DNA of 64,000 bases from Botryllus schlosseri (lineage: Eukaryota): NCBI GenBank assembly GCA_051294905.1, contig CM119371.1:13952001-14016000 (forward strand), in the 5' to 3' direction. The notes under the pieces were generated by a model. That model saw only the letters and a list, made by a program, of their open reading frames with translations. It was not told where the DNA came from and searched no databases. The position numbers and the translations under genes are program-made. Shown piece after piece: positions 62,161 to 64,000 of this stretch (position 1 is its first letter; each line of letters begins with the position of its first letter).

Positions 62161-63789
62161 CATCTCATGACTTGAATGTGAACCTACAGTCGGATAGCCG
62201 GCGGGATTAGAACCGCTTTTCCATAGCAAAACTATCAGTTCCATCCCATCATGCGGTCGAATGCTAATGCTGTCGAAAATATATACCTACTGTGTGTGAT
62301 GTATCAGTATGAATCAAGCTCTCGACATCTCATCCGCGTAAACGCTCTCTTAAAAAAGCCTTACATTGGGCCGTGCTACAAGTCGGCAGCCACGGAATAT
62401 TGGCTTGTTGTAAATGACCATTTTAGTCGACGAACACCATAAATACCACAAACAACACAATTAAGCTCTCTACCTACGCCAAACGTATAGTTCAATTTGC
62501 AGTTTTTGACAGTCTATGCGAATGGCGAACATATTATCAACTACTTACGTACTTGAGTAGGCCTATATTTAAAGCCAGCCAATTCTACTTGAAGTAGTTT
62601 CAGGTTGCTTTTAAAAGTACTATTTGTACTTGAGTAGATTTTTGCGTCGCCAGTTCTACTTCTACTCGAGTAGCTCTCTTGACCACTTTTTCCACCTCTG
62701 CGTAAAAGTAATGTTAACCACTGTATCATGGCTTGACGTCGCGATGTCTAGGCCTACAGTATAACAGGCGGGTAAGCATCAGACCCGGTCAGAGGTCAAA
62801 GTAGTCAGCGGTGTTGGTACTCGTGTAGAACTAGAAGTAGCGAAATCGTCACGAAGGTCTACCCAAGGGCATGTAAAACTATCGAAACTACTTCCAGTGA
62901 GAAATGAAGGTCTATAAGTAGGCTATTAGTGAGTAGCCTAGCTATTGGGCCGACGCCAAACTGGATTGAAATATCGCATACAATCAGTGGTGGCTTTTGG
63001 GGTGGGCGAGGTGGGCGGTCGCCCGGGCTCCCCCTGGTCGAAGGGCCCCCCTCTTAGATCAATCATCAAATCTCTGCATTTGTTAGAAAAGTCCCATATC
63101 CCGATAATCATCGAGTCTCTGCATGCGGTAGAGGTACTTAGTTTCGATGCATATCCTTGCAACCATGCAATAATAGATATGACCTAATCCAGCGCCTGGC
63201 TCAAACCTTGACGTAGTGTGCTGGCTCATTACTAACGTCAGCCGATAGCTTTCCGGATTGGTGAGGGTCTATTTAGCCCGCAGCAGTTGTATCGCTATCC
63301 TATTATTTCACGCTACATGCCATACATCTTCAACATGAAGACATGAGCTATAATAGTTACCTAGTTCGCTTCTTTTTATAATTTGACAATGTCTGATACA
63401 AGAAGGCTCAGGAGCTAGAGCAATTCAACACTACGGGCTGCTTCAAAGCCTTGTTATCAATGTTCCCTTTAATTTTTGACTGCGCAGTGCGCACATTCAG
63501 CAACTCACTGCGTAGACCCTTGGACAACAGTACGTAACGACAATAAAAGGTCATCACTTCGGATTTTTGGTCCGCAACATGGATTTTCAGTGCGCAGAGA
63601 CGTGCGCGTTTGTGCATGTACGCAGCTTAGAGGGAACATTGCTTGTAATAGTGTCATATAGGCTACACATAATGTATTCCCGTACCTTAAGGCACACTCA
63701 TATCAAGTTGGTAACAATGAAAGCGAAAGGGGGTCTGGGGACCCGCCTCGGAAATCTCGCCCAGGGACCGCCCAATCGTAGGGCCACCT

Positions 63790-64000
63790 CTGCATACAAT
63801 CAATGTCCATATCAAAAAGAATTATCAATTCATTTATCAGTTTAACGGACGCTCCCAAAAAATGTCCGCTAATCAGCTCGTGCAACTTGGAGTCATTCCT
63901 GATAATGGGGTGAGTTGTGGAAAAATTGCCGGAGAGATTAGTCAAACTCGATCAAGGCGAGACTTCATGCAAATATCCCTTCTTCTCCTCATATGTCTCG
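63790..64000 (-). pseudogene. KLHL-like fragment (BACK/linker), disrupted and running off the window
   Basis: THPIIRNDSKLHELISGH..LIILFD..DCM matches the 4585 gene; frameshift near 63960; homology ends near 63790. Confidence 0.75.

Overview
Eukaryotic, AT-rich, transposon-dense genomic DNA; an invertebrate chordate such as an ascidian is a guess from gene and repeat style only. Host content is a birth-and-death cluster of intronless BTB-BACK-Kelch (KLHL-like) genes: three intact ORFs, one frameshifted copy and two decayed fragments. The rest is mobile DNA: two related pol-deleted BEL/Pao-type LTR elements with single repeat-expanded ORFs, a young non-coding LTR element with 4-bp TSD, decayed Gypsy/retroviral-like gag-protease and integrase remnants, an intact L2/CR1-group LINE ORF2, a tRNA-derived SINE, and many nested hAT- and Tc1/mariner-type MITEs. 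Most notable: (1) both BEL/Pao-type elements lack a tRNA (TGG) primer-binding site and instead carry a 13-nt PBS perfectly complementary to a site inside their own LTR, with a compensatory base change between the two families, pointing to Tf1-like self-priming; (2) one of them is flanked by a 563-bp target duplication; (3) 14-31-bp palindromic hAT-type micro-insertions with 8-bp TSDs, one supported by an empty paralogous site. All coordinates and comparisons were made by eye.
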